Numbered from the stretch's first letter, positions 46,795 through 56,282 are shown. The stretch is DNA of 64,000 nt from Pseudomonadota bacterium (GCA_016927275.1 JAFGMW010000116.1:1456-65455); one strand, 5' to 3'. Notes: a model not told the origin generated them from the letters alone. Numbers and translations: made by a program.

Positions 46795-46978
46795 ATAACT
46801 CGTGGCTTCGGGGCCTGTCAGCGGGTCGGGGGACACTGTCTCGCTACGGCTCGTTCGCTCAGGCGCCGCTCACTCGCCTGCGTCTCTTCGCCGCGGTCAT
46901 CGCAGGGCTCTTGATTCGCGGCGAATTCACACGCCGCTCAACAGGGTCCCCCGACCCGCTGACACCCGAAGCCTCCAA
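46795..46978. repeat. MITE-like element upstream of queG: ~33-nt near-identical terminal inverted repeats flanking ~95 nt
   Basis: Left arm ggcttcggggcctgtcagcgggtcgggggacactgtc. Right arm acagggtcccccgacccgctgacacccgaagcc. The interior contains ctcgctac/ctcgttcgc motifs resembling the 29940-30360 element. Confidence 0.55.
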
Positions 46979-46990
46979 GGTAATAGAGTG

Positions 46991-47830
46991 ATGAAGGAGC
47001 TGATAAAGAAGAGGGCGATCGAGGTCGGTTTTGCGCTGTGCGGGGTGACCACGGCCGAGCCGGTCGATGAGCTTGCGCATCTGCAGGGGGCGATTGCAAA
47101 CGGCAGGGTCGCCTCGATGAACTATCTGGCGCGCGACCCTGCGGCGCGCTGCGACCCGCGTTCGCTCCTCGCCGGCGCGCGCTCGGTGATATGCTGTGCG
47201 CTTGCGTACGGCGAATCGGGGATCGGCGACCGGGGATCGGGGACCATGGATCGGGAAAGCTCTTTCAGGTCCCGGGTCCCGGGTCCCGGGTCCCGAGTTT
47301 TGAGGGCCAGGTTCGCGCGCGGGGCCGAGTATCACGCGGAGGTGGGGCGGAGGCTTACGCTACTGTGGGATGCGATTCGAGAGCGGGCGCCCGGCGCCAG
47401 CGCGAAGGCCTGCTGCGACACGAGCCCGATTCTCGAGAAGGCCCTGGCACAGCGCGCTGGGCTGGGCTGGATCGGCAGGCACACGGTGCTGGTGAACCGC
47501 GAGCTGGGCTCGTGGTTCGTGCTGGGCGAGATCGTGACCGATCTCGAGCTCGAGCCGGACTCCCCGCACGATGATCTCTGCGGCGACTGCACAAAGTGCC
47601 TGGACGCCTGCCCTGCGCGCGCGATCCTCTCGCCGCGCACGCTCGACGCCCAGAAGTGCATCTCCTATCTCACCATAGAAGCCCCGCGCCTTGAGATTGG
47701 GATCGGGGATCAGGGATCAGGAACCGGGAGAACCCTTCCATGTCCCGGGTCCCGGGTCCCGGGTCCCGGGTACGGCTGCGACCTCTGCCAGGAGGCATGC
47801 CCTTATAACAATAGAGGATGCGCCCAATAG
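46991..47830 (+). CDS. queG: epoxyqueuosine reductase (QueG)-like, carrying two in-frame repeat insertions and an apparently short C-terminus
   Basis: DUF1730-like N-terminal region, then two 4Fe-4S motifs CGDCTKCLDACP and CDLCQEACPYN. Insertions at 47213-47300 and 47700-47785 are both in frame. The ORF stops 6 codons after the second cluster, whereas QueG proteins are usually ~100 aa longer. Confidence 0.7.
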   Translation: MKELIKKRAIEVGFALCGVTTAEPVDELAHLQGAIANGRVASMNYLARDPAARCDPRSLLAGARSVICCALAYGESGIGDRGSGTMDRESSFRSRVPGPGSRVLRARFARGAEYHAEVGRRLTLLWDAIRERAPGASAKACCDTSPILEKALAQRAGLGWIGRHTVLVNRELGSWFVLGEIVTDLELEPDSPHDDLCGDCTKCLDACPARAILSPRTLDAQKCISYLTIEAPRLEIGIGDQGSGTGRTLPCPGSRVPGPGYGCDLCQEACPYNNRGCAQ

Positions 47831-48136
47831 CGCCCACTCTGCCGCTTTGATGAAACGGTTCAGGGTGCTTTTCGCAGCGTGGCTCGAGCCTGCCTGCCGG
47901 CAGGCAGGGAGGCCGGATTCAGCAGCCTATAAGTACCGGCCGACGAAAGCCCCCGATGACCTTCAGACAGTCTGGTTCATCTAATGATGAAATGCCGGGG
48001 CGTGGGGACTGCGCCCCGGCCGAGACGGCGTTTGAGGCGAGGAGGGATAGCGAGAAAAGCACCTTGAACCGTTTCGTCTGCTGAGTCAGCCTTCCCAGGT
48101 TGACATGTGAACGGGGAAGGGCCTAGCGCGTGGGAC

Positions 48137-49447
48137 ATGGCCTCGCCCATCACGCTCCACAGTTGGCCGCGCGGCATCGCGCACATCGACGCGGACGCGT
48201 TCTTCGCGTCGGTCGAGCAGGCTATCCACCCTGAGCTGCGCGGCAGGCCCGTCATCACCGGCGCGGAGCGCGGGATCGTGGCCGCGGCCTCCTACGAGGC
48301 AAAAGCGCGCGGGGTGAAGCGCGGCGTGCCGCTGTGGGAGGTGAAAAAGGTCTGCCCCGACTGCGTGATCCTGCCGTCCGACTACGAGACCTATTCGATC
48401 TTCTCGAAGCGAATGTTCTCGATCATGCGCCGCTTCACCCCTACGGTGGAGGAGTACTCGATCGACGAGGGGTTCCTCGATCTCACCGGGCTGCGCCGCC
48501 TCCATCGCACCGGGTACGCCGGCATCGCCGCTAAGATACAGGACGCGATCCACAGAGAGCTCGGCATCACCGTCTCGGCCGGCGTGTCGCTCTCGAAATC
48601 TCTCTGCAAACTGTGCTCCAGGCTCCGAAAGCCCGCCGGGCTTGTGGAATGCGGCGGCAGGAGGATACACCTGCTGCTCGCGCGCACCGGGCTTGCGCAG
48701 GTCTGGGGCTTCGGGCCCTCCACCGTTGCGCTGCTTCAGAAGCACGGCATAAAGAGCGCGCTGGACTTTGTGCAGAGGCCGGAGGCTTTTGCGTCGAAGC
48801 TGCTGGGCAAGGTCGGCCGCGAGCTGTGGGCGGAGCTGCGGGGTGAGTGCGTCTACGAGGTCTCGGCGGAGGGGCCTGCGCCGCGTGCCTCCATCTCGAA
48901 GACAAAGACCTTCACCCCTCCATCCTCCGACCGCGCGCACGTCTGGGCGCGCGGACTCAGGAACCTCGAGTCAGCGTGCATTAAGGCGCGCCGCCACCGC
49001 CTCGCGGCCCGCGGGCTCGCGCTCTTTCTGCGCACGCAGGGGTACGACGGAGAGGGCGCAGAGGCGAAGGTGGAGCGGCCCACCGCATCCACAGGCGAGC
49101 TGGTGCCGCTGCTGCGCGGGCTCTTCGACGGGATATACAGAGAGGGTGTTCTGTATCGCGCCACAGGCGTTGTGCTCATGGACCTGACCGCAGATATGCC
49201 CTCCCAGTTTGTCCTGTTCGATGAGCCGGCGCATGTCCTCGCCGGGGAGCGTGCATTCGCGGCGGTGGACGAGGCGGCCGCCAGATTCGGCAAGCACGCC
49301 GTATTCTTCGCAGACTGTGCGGCGCTCGGCGGGCAGCACGGGGGTGCGCGCGGCCTCGTTGCCGAGCGCAAGTCATTGAAATTGAAGGGTGAAACTGAGA
49401 GACAGAGGCTTGCGATCCCGCTGCTCAGAAACAAGGCAACATCTTGA
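48137..49447 (+). CDS. dinB: Y-family DNA polymerase IV
   Basis: N-terminal IAHIDADAFFASVE with catalytic Asp/Glu and SIDEGFLD. Colinear with DinB/UmuC family. Confidence 0.85.
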   Translation: MASPITLHSWPRGIAHIDADAFFASVEQAIHPELRGRPVITGAERGIVAAASYEAKARGVKRGVPLWEVKKVCPDCVILPSDYETYSIFSKRMFSIMRRFTPTVEEYSIDEGFLDLTGLRRLHRTGYAGIAAKIQDAIHRELGITVSAGVSLSKSLCKLCSRLRKPAGLVECGGRRIHLLLARTGLAQVWGFGPSTVALLQKHGIKSALDFVQRPEAFASKLLGKVGRELWAELRGECVYEVSAEGPAPRASISKTKTFTPPSSDRAHVWARGLRNLESACIKARRHRLAARGLALFLRTQGYDGEGAEAKVERPTASTGELVPLLRGLFDGIYREGVLYRATGVVLMDLTADMPSQFVLFDEPAHVLAGERAFAAVDEAAARFGKHAVFFADCAALGGQHGGARGLVAERKSLKLKGETERQRLAIPLLRNKATS

Positions 49448-49517
49448 GCCAAAGCGCGATAAGGTCCCTGCAGGAGGTAGGGTGTCGAAAAAGGTTCCCA
49501 CATGGCTGGGGTGGAGG

Positions 49518-50483
49518 ATGCCTGAGCGGTCGTTCTGCTACAGCCTGAAGGCAGAGGACGCGCATGCGGCAAAGCTGTGCGAGCTGATGCAGGGGCGCGG
49601 CGTTGCCAGGGAGCTCATAGACACCGGGCTCTCCGCCAGGATCTTCCGGCCGCCCGCGGATTCCCTCGTGCCGGACGGGACGATCGAGCCGGCAGAGGTC
49701 TACGCGCTGGCGATAGAGATCATCGAGGACGAGTACTTCCGCTCGGGCGAGACGACATTCGAAGAGGAGCAGGGTTCGTTCGCAATTAAGGCGTGGGAGG
49801 CCGGCTTCAGGCTCCCGTGGATCGTGTACGACGGGAACCCCTACACGAAAAGCGATGTTGAGACGAGAGATGAGCTGAGCCGGATGGCGCGCTCGGTCCG
49901 CGGCGAGAGCGAGCTGGAGCTCGCGCGCGCGATCTACGACACGGCCTTCTCCAAGGAGGGGCTAGGCATGGAAGTGTGGAATTCGTTCCCCGTGGAATAC
50001 AATGCCGAGTACGCACTGAAGTTCCGCTGGGGCGACTGCACCGAGATAAGCTGGGTGCTCTATTCGCTGTACAAGTATGCAGGCTTCGATCCCAGGTTCG
50101 TGTGGGTCAGGGAGGAGTTCGACGGCAGCCCCCTCCTGCACATGGCGGTCGCGGTCTGGGCCGACGGCCGGGAGGTGATCGCGGACAGCCACTTCGGCTT
50201 CGATGCGGACCATCGAGTCGTCGTTGACCTGCCGCCGCTGGCCGCGCTCGCGTCGTACGTCAACAACGTGGCGGTCGGGCAGCAGGACAAGGTCGACGCT
50301 GCAGGCATGCTGGGGAGATCGCTCGGGTACGACCCCACATATTCCCTCACATACCTCTATATGGCCGGAGACAGGATGTCGGACATGTTTCAGATGGACC
50401 GCGACGAGTGCGTAGAAAAGGCGGCCGGATTGGATCCGGCCGCGCGGGAATACATGGATTTGCTCCTCAAATCCGGCGACTAG
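49518..50483 (+). CDS. transglutaminase-like cysteine peptidase superfamily protein
   Basis: Core motif RWGDCTEISWVLYSLYKYAGFDPRFVWV with downstream His (HMAVAVW) and Asp, arranged like the transglutaminase Cys-His-Asp triad. The start is uncertain: ATG 49518 has an abutting GGAGG; an alternative at 49389 overlaps dinB. Confidence 0.6.
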   Translation: MPERSFCYSLKAEDAHAAKLCELMQGRGVARELIDTGLSARIFRPPADSLVPDGTIEPAEVYALAIEIIEDEYFRSGETTFEEEQGSFAIKAWEAGFRLPWIVYDGNPYTKSDVETRDELSRMARSVRGESELELARAIYDTAFSKEGLGMEVWNSFPVEYNAEYALKFRWGDCTEISWVLYSLYKYAGFDPRFVWVREEFDGSPLLHMAVAVWADGREVIADSHFGFDADHRVVVDLPPLAALASYVNNVAVGQQDKVDAAGMLGRSLGYDPTYSLTYLYMAGDRMSDMFQMDRDECVEKAAGLDPAAREYMDLLLKSGD

Positions 50484-51511
50484 TCGCTCGGAAACCCCTC
50501 GAGATATTCAAGCGGGATGAATATGTCGCCCTCCGCCTTGAGGGCGGCACGGGGGAGCTTCACACCCCGGTACAGCTTTCCGTCGTGATCTATGTCGAAG
50601 ACGTTCTCGCCGCTCGGCTCCCGTCTCTTCTCCGCGATGGAGGCCCTGACGAGCCCGAGCGCCTTTGCAGCAAGGATGTCCGCTGCGTCGTCCTTGACCG
50701 ACTCGAAGCCGGTGCCCACGAACGACTCCTCGATCACCTCGGCAAGCATCACCGGGCTCCGGCTCCCGTCTTCGAGCACGACCGAACCGATCTTCATGTC
50801 CTCGCCTTCATGCTCAGCGCGCGCCTTTTCCACGAAGTAGGCCGCCTGCTCGGAGGTGAGCCTGCCGACCGCCGACAGGGCAGCCGCGTCGCGCGCGATA
50901 TGCGGGGCGTTTTCGGCGAACCGGCCGGCGCCGCTTATCCTCGTCTCCTCGGCAGGCGCGCCCGTCATTATGGTCTCGAACGCGTCGAGATTCGCGACCT
51001 CCGTCTCTATGCGCGCCTTCTCCAGGGACTTCGCGTAGTTCGGATGCTCCTCGGGCATCCTGTATATGCGTATGGAGCCGTCGGGAGCCCTGTCGTACAT
51101 GAGAAGATAGTGCACGGCCCCGCCGCTGTCGGTCACCCTGTAGAGGTTTTCGATGTGGACCCCGTAACTCTGCAAACCGTCATATCCTGGATCGCCCCTC
51201 GACCCTTTGTGCCTGACCTGCTCCGGCGTGAAATCGATGTAATCGGATTCGAATCGGATGTCCTGTCCCCGGCCCCCTTCGTCCCTCGCCGTGTGCGACA
51301 GGGCGAGGTTCGAGCCCGTGGTGCCGGAGAGCTTGCCGATTTCCGTGAGATGATCCCAGTTATGTACGATCAGGTTTTTCAACCCCTCCCATTTTTCCTC
51401 TTCCATCTTCTTTACGAGCGCCAGATCCTTGGCCCCCTGGACCCTGTCGATCACCATATGACCCTCCTTGCCCTGATAGCAGCGGTGAAACACCACAGAC
51501 AGAGTGAGCAA
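50480..51511 (-). CDS. hypothetical protein, 343 aa
   Basis: Balanced composition, whereas the overlapping plus-strand ORF is Arg-rich antisense junk. Convergent with the transglutaminase-like gene, with a 4-nt stop overlap. No motif recognised. Confidence 0.5.
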   Translation of the reverse strand: MLTLSVVFHRCYQGKEGHMVIDRVQGAKDLALVKKMEEEKWEGLKNLIVHNWDHLTEIGKLSGTTGSNLALSHTARDEGGRGQDIRFESDYIDFTPEQVRHKGSRGDPGYDGLQSYGVHIENLYRVTDSGGAVHYLLMYDRAPDGSIRIYRMPEEHPNYAKSLEKARIETEVANLDAFETIMTGAPAEETRISGAGRFAENAPHIARDAAALSAVGRLTSEQAAYFVEKARAEHEGEDMKIGSVVLEDGSRSPVMLAEVIEESFVGTGFESVKDDAADILAAKALGLVRASIAEKRREPSGENVFDIDHDGKLYRGVKLPRAALKAEGDIFIPLEYLEGFPSD

Positions 51512-51681
51512 GAATCGTGCCCGGAAAAGGGTGTCAGATATTTTATCGAGTTATATTGATATTTTGGGATTTTTTGAGAAGGCGAGGATTCAAAAATGCT
51601 TATCCGACATGAAGAACTATCAATATGACCATCCTATGACGTGCGCAGCGTCAAAAATTTGGCGCCACTTCGACAGGCGGC

Positions 51682-52338
51682 TCATCGCTGCTTTCCGCGG
51701 AGGCCCTTTATCGCGGCTGCGTAGTCCTTTGTCCCGAACACCGCCGAGCCGGCGACTATGATCTGGGCGCCGGCATTCAGCGCCTGCCCCACGGTCTCGG
51801 CGTTGATCCCGCCGTCGACCTCTATCAGAGTGGGCAATCCCTTCCTGTCGATGTGCCTTCTTATGACCGCGATCTTGTCGATGCACTCGGGGATCATCTT
51901 CTGGCCGCCGAATCCGGGGTTGACGGTCATCACCAGCACGAAGTCCGCGAGCTCCACGAATGGCAGGACCCTCTCGACCGGCGTGGGCGGATTTATGACC
52001 GCGCCGGCCTTGCAGCCGAGCTTTCGTATCGCCGGCAGGAGTTCGGAGAGGTCGCCCGTCTCCACGTGCACCGATATCCAGTCCGCGCCCGCCTTCGCGA
52101 AGTCGGCGACGTATCTCTTTGGGTTCTCGATCATGAGGTGGCAGTCGAGCGGCAGCTTCGTGACCGGCCTGATCTTCCGCACGACCGGCGCGCCGATGGT
52201 GATGTTGGGCACGAAGTGGCCGTCCATCACGTCCACGTGAATCACGTCCGCGCCCGCGGCCTCGACCTCGCGTATCTGATCGCCCAGCCTCGAGAAGTCG
52301 GCCGAGAGTATTGAAGGAGCGATGAGAGTCCTTGTCAT
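51682..52338 (-). CDS. rpe: ribulose-phosphate 3-epimerase
   Basis: MTRTLIAPSILSADF...HVDVMDGHFVPN...VNPGFGGQ. ATG overlaps the fmt stop (ATGA). The N-terminal extension of the long ORF was rejected. Confidence 0.9.
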   Translation of the reverse strand: MTRTLIAPSILSADFSRLGDQIREVEAAGADVIHVDVMDGHFVPNITIGAPVVRKIRPVTKLPLDCHLMIENPKRYVADFAKAGADWISVHVETGDLSELLPAIRKLGCKAGAVINPPTPVERVLPFVELADFVLVMTVNPGFGGQKMIPECIDKIAVIRRHIDRKGLPTLIEVDGGINAETVGQALNAGAQIIVAGSAVFGTKDYAAAIKGLRGKQR

Positions 52339-53255
52339 CCCAGTTTCTCCCCTCTTTCTATGGCGTGTCCGCGCATGAACTCCACCGCGGTCATCCTTTT
52401 GCCGCCCTCCATCTGTATCTCCACGAGCTTGAGCGCGCCCTCGCCGCACGCCACGCAGAGCCGGTCGCCGGCCTCTATCACCTCGCCGGGCCTGCCGCTC
52501 CCCTCGTAGAGCTCGGCGATGTGGATCCTCAATCCCCTGCCGCGCAGCGCGGTGAATGCGCCGGGCCACGGCGCAAATCCCCTGACGCGGTTGCGGATCG
52601 CGCGCGCCCCCATCGTCCAGTCTATGCGGCCGTCCTCCTTCTCGATCATCGGCGCGTATGTCGCCTTCGCGTGGTCCTGAGGGATGGGACGGAGCTTGCC
52701 GTCAGCCAGCTCCGACAGGGTCGCCTTGAGGAGGTCGGCCCCCATCGCGGCCAGCCGGTCGTGCAGCTCCGGCGCGGTCTCGCTCTCGCCGATGGGGGTC
52801 TTGGCCGCGAGCAGGACGTCGCCCGAGTCGAGCTCCTCGTTTATGAACATCGTGGTCACGCCGGTCTCCCTCTCGCCGTTGACTATCGCCCAGTTTATCG
52901 GCGCGGCGCCCCTGTACTTCGGGAGCAGCGATGCGTGCACGTTGATGCATCCGTGCGCGGGGATGTCGATGAGCTCGCGCGGCAGGATCTTGCCGTAGGC
53001 GATGACGACGATGAGGTCCGGCGCGAGGTTTCGGAAATGCTCGATCTCCTCCGGGTTCCGCACGCTCGCCGGGTGATTGAGCGGGATGCCGCGCTCGCCT
53101 GCGAAGGCGGCGGTAGGGCATGCCCGCACCTTCATGCCTCGTCCTGCCGGTTTGTCGGGCTGCGCGACCATCTCGAGGATGTTGTGATGAGAGTCGGCAA
53201 GCGCCCTGAGCGCTGGCAGTGCGAACGCAGCCGATCCCATGAAGACGATGTCCAT
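52335..53255 (-). CDS. fmt: methionyl-tRNA formyltransferase
   Basis: MDIVFMGSAAFALP...HASLLPKYRGAAPINWAI. 306 aa. Confidence 0.95.
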   Translation of the reverse strand: MDIVFMGSAAFALPALRALADSHHNILEMVAQPDKPAGRGMKVRACPTAAFAGERGIPLNHPASVRNPEEIEHFRNLAPDLIVVIAYGKILPRELIDIPAHGCINVHASLLPKYRGAAPINWAIVNGERETGVTTMFINEELDSGDVLLAAKTPIGESETAPELHDRLAAMGADLLKATLSELADGKLRPIPQDHAKATYAPMIEKEDGRIDWTMGARAIRNRVRGFAPWPGAFTALRGRGLRIHIAELYEGSGRPGEVIEAGDRLCVACGEGALKLVEIQMEGGKRMTAVEFMRGHAIERGEKLG

Positions 53256-53258
53256 TGG

Positions 53259-53777
53259 CTATAGGGCTGTGGGGTGGCCTTCTTCCTTCTTGCGCTTCTT
53301 GAGGTAGATGTCCCTCTTGAGCCTGCTCACCCTGTCGATGATGAGGACGCCGTCGAGGTGGTCGATCTCGTGCTGCACCGCGATCGCGAGCAGCCCGTCG
53401 GCGTCCATCTCCTCGCGGATACCGTTCTCGTCGAGGTAGCTGACCTTGACGCGGGCCGCGCGCTTTATCTTGACCAGCATGCCGGGCACGGAGAGGCATC
53501 CCTCCTCGTATTCGACCTCGCCCTCCCGCCCGACTATCTCGGGGTTGACCATCTTGATGAGCGCCTCGGACTCGGTCTTGCCGCCTCCGCTCACGTCCAT
53601 GACTATCGCGCGGACCGACTCGCCGATCTGGGGGGCGGCGAGCCCCACGCCGTCGGCCGCATACATGGTCTCCGCCATGTCGTCGAGCAGCACCCGCACC
53701 TCGTCGGTCACCTCTTGTATCGGCTCCGCGACCTTGAGCAGGACCGGGCTGGGGTATTTAACGATCTTCCGTATCAT
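53259..53777 (-). CDS. def: peptide deformylase
   Basis: Motifs GLAAPQIG, EGCLSVPG, QHEIDHLDG. Start at MIRKIVKYP. Confidence 0.95.
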   Translation of the reverse strand: MIRKIVKYPSPVLLKVAEPIQEVTDEVRVLLDDMAETMYAADGVGLAAPQIGESVRAIVMDVSGGGKTESEALIKMVNPEIVGREGEVEYEEGCLSVPGMLVKIKRAARVKVSYLDENGIREEMDADGLLAIAVQHEIDHLDGVLIIDRVSRLKRDIYLKKRKKEEGHPTAL

Positions 53778-54214
53778 GGCGCCACTATAGGCAAGCAGGG
53801 ACCTCAAGGCAAGCCCGGCCTTATCAATCCGGAACGCATGTTTGCTTGGTTCGGCGACGGATCGGGAAAGACTGCCGAGCGGCGTCAGGAGGCGTCGCTT
53901 TCAAAGCCTATGGTGCTGCGGCGCCGAGTGCGCAGGCGAGCGAACGGCGTATGAGTGAGCGAGCCGTAGCGAGGAGGCTTTCCCGATCCGTCGCCGTGCC
54001 CGAAGCAAAAAAAGGACCCTCCAACACTATCGCTGAAGGGCCCAAAGGGGGGGGTCGAACTTTGTGACTCCCGATTTCTCTCTTCGCTTCCACAGTAGTT
54101 ATCGGCAGGGAGGGGTACCCAAGTTGCGTGGGCCGCAAAAAATTCCCACAAAGAGGTAACCATTTGTTTTAATTAAGTTTTACTGCGAAAATGGGTTTTT
54201 TTCGGCAAAAAATT

Positions 54215-56242
54215 CTACATCAGGGTGGCCGGATCCACATCGAGGGAGACCCTGGCGGCCCTCGGCACCTCGGATTCGATCCTCGCCTGGGCCCTCGAGA
54301 GCACGAGCGCAAGCTCCCTTTGGTTTGCGGCCTTGACGAGCAGATGCCAGCGCCAGCGGTTCCTCTGCTTCTCCACGGGCGCAGGCGCAGGGCCGAGAAT
54401 GCTGATCCCCGGGCAGCCGGCCGCCTCCGCCCTGAGGATCGAGCCCACCTGCCCCGCGGCGTCGCGCGCCGCGTCCTGCCTTACGGCCGAGACCCTTGCG
54501 CAGGCGATCTTCGAAAACGGCGGGTATCCGGCCCTCTTCCTGTAGGCGAGCTCCGCGTCGAGGAACCCCTCGAAGTCGTTTTTCGCCGCCGCGGCGATGG
54601 ACGGGTGCTCGGGCTGCCACGTCTGGATTATCACCCGGCCCGGCTTTTTGCCCCGTCCCGCGCGTCCGGCGACCTGCGTGATCAGCTGGAGGGTGCGCTC
54701 GGCGGAGCGGAAGTCGGGCATGTGCAGCGAGTGATCGGCGCTCACCACGCCCACGAGCGTTATCCCCGGGAAGTCGTGTCCCTTCGTCACCATCTGTGTG
54801 CCCACGAGGATGTCGATCTCGCCCCTGCGCATGCCCCTGAATATGCGGTTGCGCTCCTTCTGGCCCCCGGCCATGTCGCTGTCTAGGCGCGCGACGCTCG
54901 CGCCCGGGAAGAAGTCCGCTATCTCCGCCTCGAGCCTCTGCGTCCCGTGGCCGGCCGGCACGAGCTCCAAGGAGCCGCACGAGGGGCACGATTCGGGATA
55001 CGGGGCGCGGAAGTCGCAGCAGTGGCAGGAGAGAAAATCGCCCCTTCGGTCCGAGTGGGCGCACAGCGATATGTCGCAGTTGGGACATCCGATCCTCTCG
55101 CCGCACGACTCGCAGATGAGCGCGCTGGCGAATCCGCGCCTGCCCACGAAGAGCAGCGCCTGCTCCCCTCGCTCGATCGTCTCGGAGATCGCGCGGTGGA
55201 GCGCAGGCGAGAGCGAGGAGAACCCCATCCCGTCGCCCGAGCGCCTCGCCGCGCGCATGTCGACGATCTCGACCGAGGGCATCGAGGCGTTGCCCGTGCG
55301 CGAGCCGAGGGAGAGCAGCCCGTACTTGCCCGACCTGGCGTTGGCAGCGCTCTCGAGGGACGGGGTTGCGCTGCCGAGCACGCAGAGCACCTTCTCGAGG
55401 TGCGCGCGCATCACCGCGCAGTCGCGGCCGTTGTAGGTGAACCCCTCGTCCTGCTTGTATGACCCGTCGTGCTCCTCGTCCACGACTATGGCGCCCAGCG
55501 AGGGGAGCGGCGCGAAGAGCGCGGAACGCGTTCCGATGACCACGTCGACCTCGCCCGACCTCATGCGCCGCCACTGGGCGTGGCGCTGGGCGTCGGTGAG
55601 CGCCGAGTGATAGACGGCAACGCGCTCGCCGAAGCGGGCCGCGGCGCGGCCCGCGAGCTGCGGGGTGAGGCCGATCTCCGGCACGAGAAGCAGCCCCTGC
55701 CTCCCCTCCGCAGCGAGCCTCTCGAAGAGCCTGAGATACACCTCGGTCTTGCCGCTGCCTGTCACGCCGTGGATGAGGCAGGTCGAGTGCGCGTTCGATC
55801 GGGCCCGGCCCGCGATCTCCTCTATGGCAAAGGACTGCTCCGCGGTGAGCAGAAAAGCGTCCTCGTGGAGGGCGGCGATCTCCGCGGGCGCAGAGGGCCT
55901 TGTGGTCCTGGGGGGGGCGGGGTCGAGCATCCTGGCCGGCAGCGCCGCGCGCACCGCCTCGCCTATCGGGGCGAAGTAGTACGATGACATCCACTGCATG
56001 AGCTCGAGCAGGGGGGCCGAGAGCGACGGCGACTCGTCCAGGACCTCCACGATCGGCTTGATTCGCCCGGGCGCCACGCCCTCCGGGAGGTTTTCCCGGA
56101 GCGACAGGACCACTCCGATCGCGGACTTCTTCCTGAACTCGACCAGCACGCGCATGCCCGGCTCGAGGGATGCCCCCTCGGGCACCGAGTAGGTGAAGGC
56201 GCTGCGGATCGGAGAGGGGATGGCGAGGTCGGCAAAGGACAT
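54215..56242 (-). CDS. priA: primosomal protein N' (replication restart helicase)
   Basis: Start at MSFADLAIPSPI within the longer ORF. Walker A GVTGSGKTEVY, DEEHD box, and Cys-rich zinc region CPNCDISLCAHS...CHCCDF. 675 aa. priA-def-fmt is a conserved arrangement. Confidence 0.9.
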   Translation of the reverse strand: MSFADLAIPSPIRSAFTYSVPEGASLEPGMRVLVEFRKKSAIGVVLSLRENLPEGVAPGRIKPIVEVLDESPSLSAPLLELMQWMSSYYFAPIGEAVRAALPARMLDPAPPRTTRPSAPAEIAALHEDAFLLTAEQSFAIEEIAGRARSNAHSTCLIHGVTGSGKTEVYLRLFERLAAEGRQGLLLVPEIGLTPQLAGRAAARFGERVAVYHSALTDAQRHAQWRRMRSGEVDVVIGTRSALFAPLPSLGAIVVDEEHDGSYKQDEGFTYNGRDCAVMRAHLEKVLCVLGSATPSLESAANARSGKYGLLSLGSRTGNASMPSVEIVDMRAARRSGDGMGFSSLSPALHRAISETIERGEQALLFVGRRGFASALICESCGERIGCPNCDISLCAHSDRRGDFLSCHCCDFRAPYPESCPSCGSLELVPAGHGTQRLEAEIADFFPGASVARLDSDMAGGQKERNRIFRGMRRGEIDILVGTQMVTKGHDFPGITLVGVVSADHSLHMPDFRSAERTLQLITQVAGRAGRGKKPGRVIIQTWQPEHPSIAAAAKNDFEGFLDAELAYRKRAGYPPFSKIACARVSAVRQDAARDAAGQVGSILRAEAAGCPGISILGPAPAPVEKQRNRWRWHLLVKAANQRELALVLSRAQARIESEVPRAARVSLDVDPATLM

Positions 56243-56282
56243 GGGAAGGGCTCTAGAACAGAAAGCGGACTTCCGCAAGGGA

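Noticed and set aside
50408-51559. 383-aa plus-strand ORF antisense to the 343-aa gene
   Set aside because: Extremely Arg/Gly/Pro-rich. The minus-strand translation has balanced composition.
54030-54110. tRNA- or tmRNA-like T-arm (ggggggggtcgaac) in the priA-def gap
   Set aside because: No complementary acceptor stem or anticodon arm could be folded by eye.
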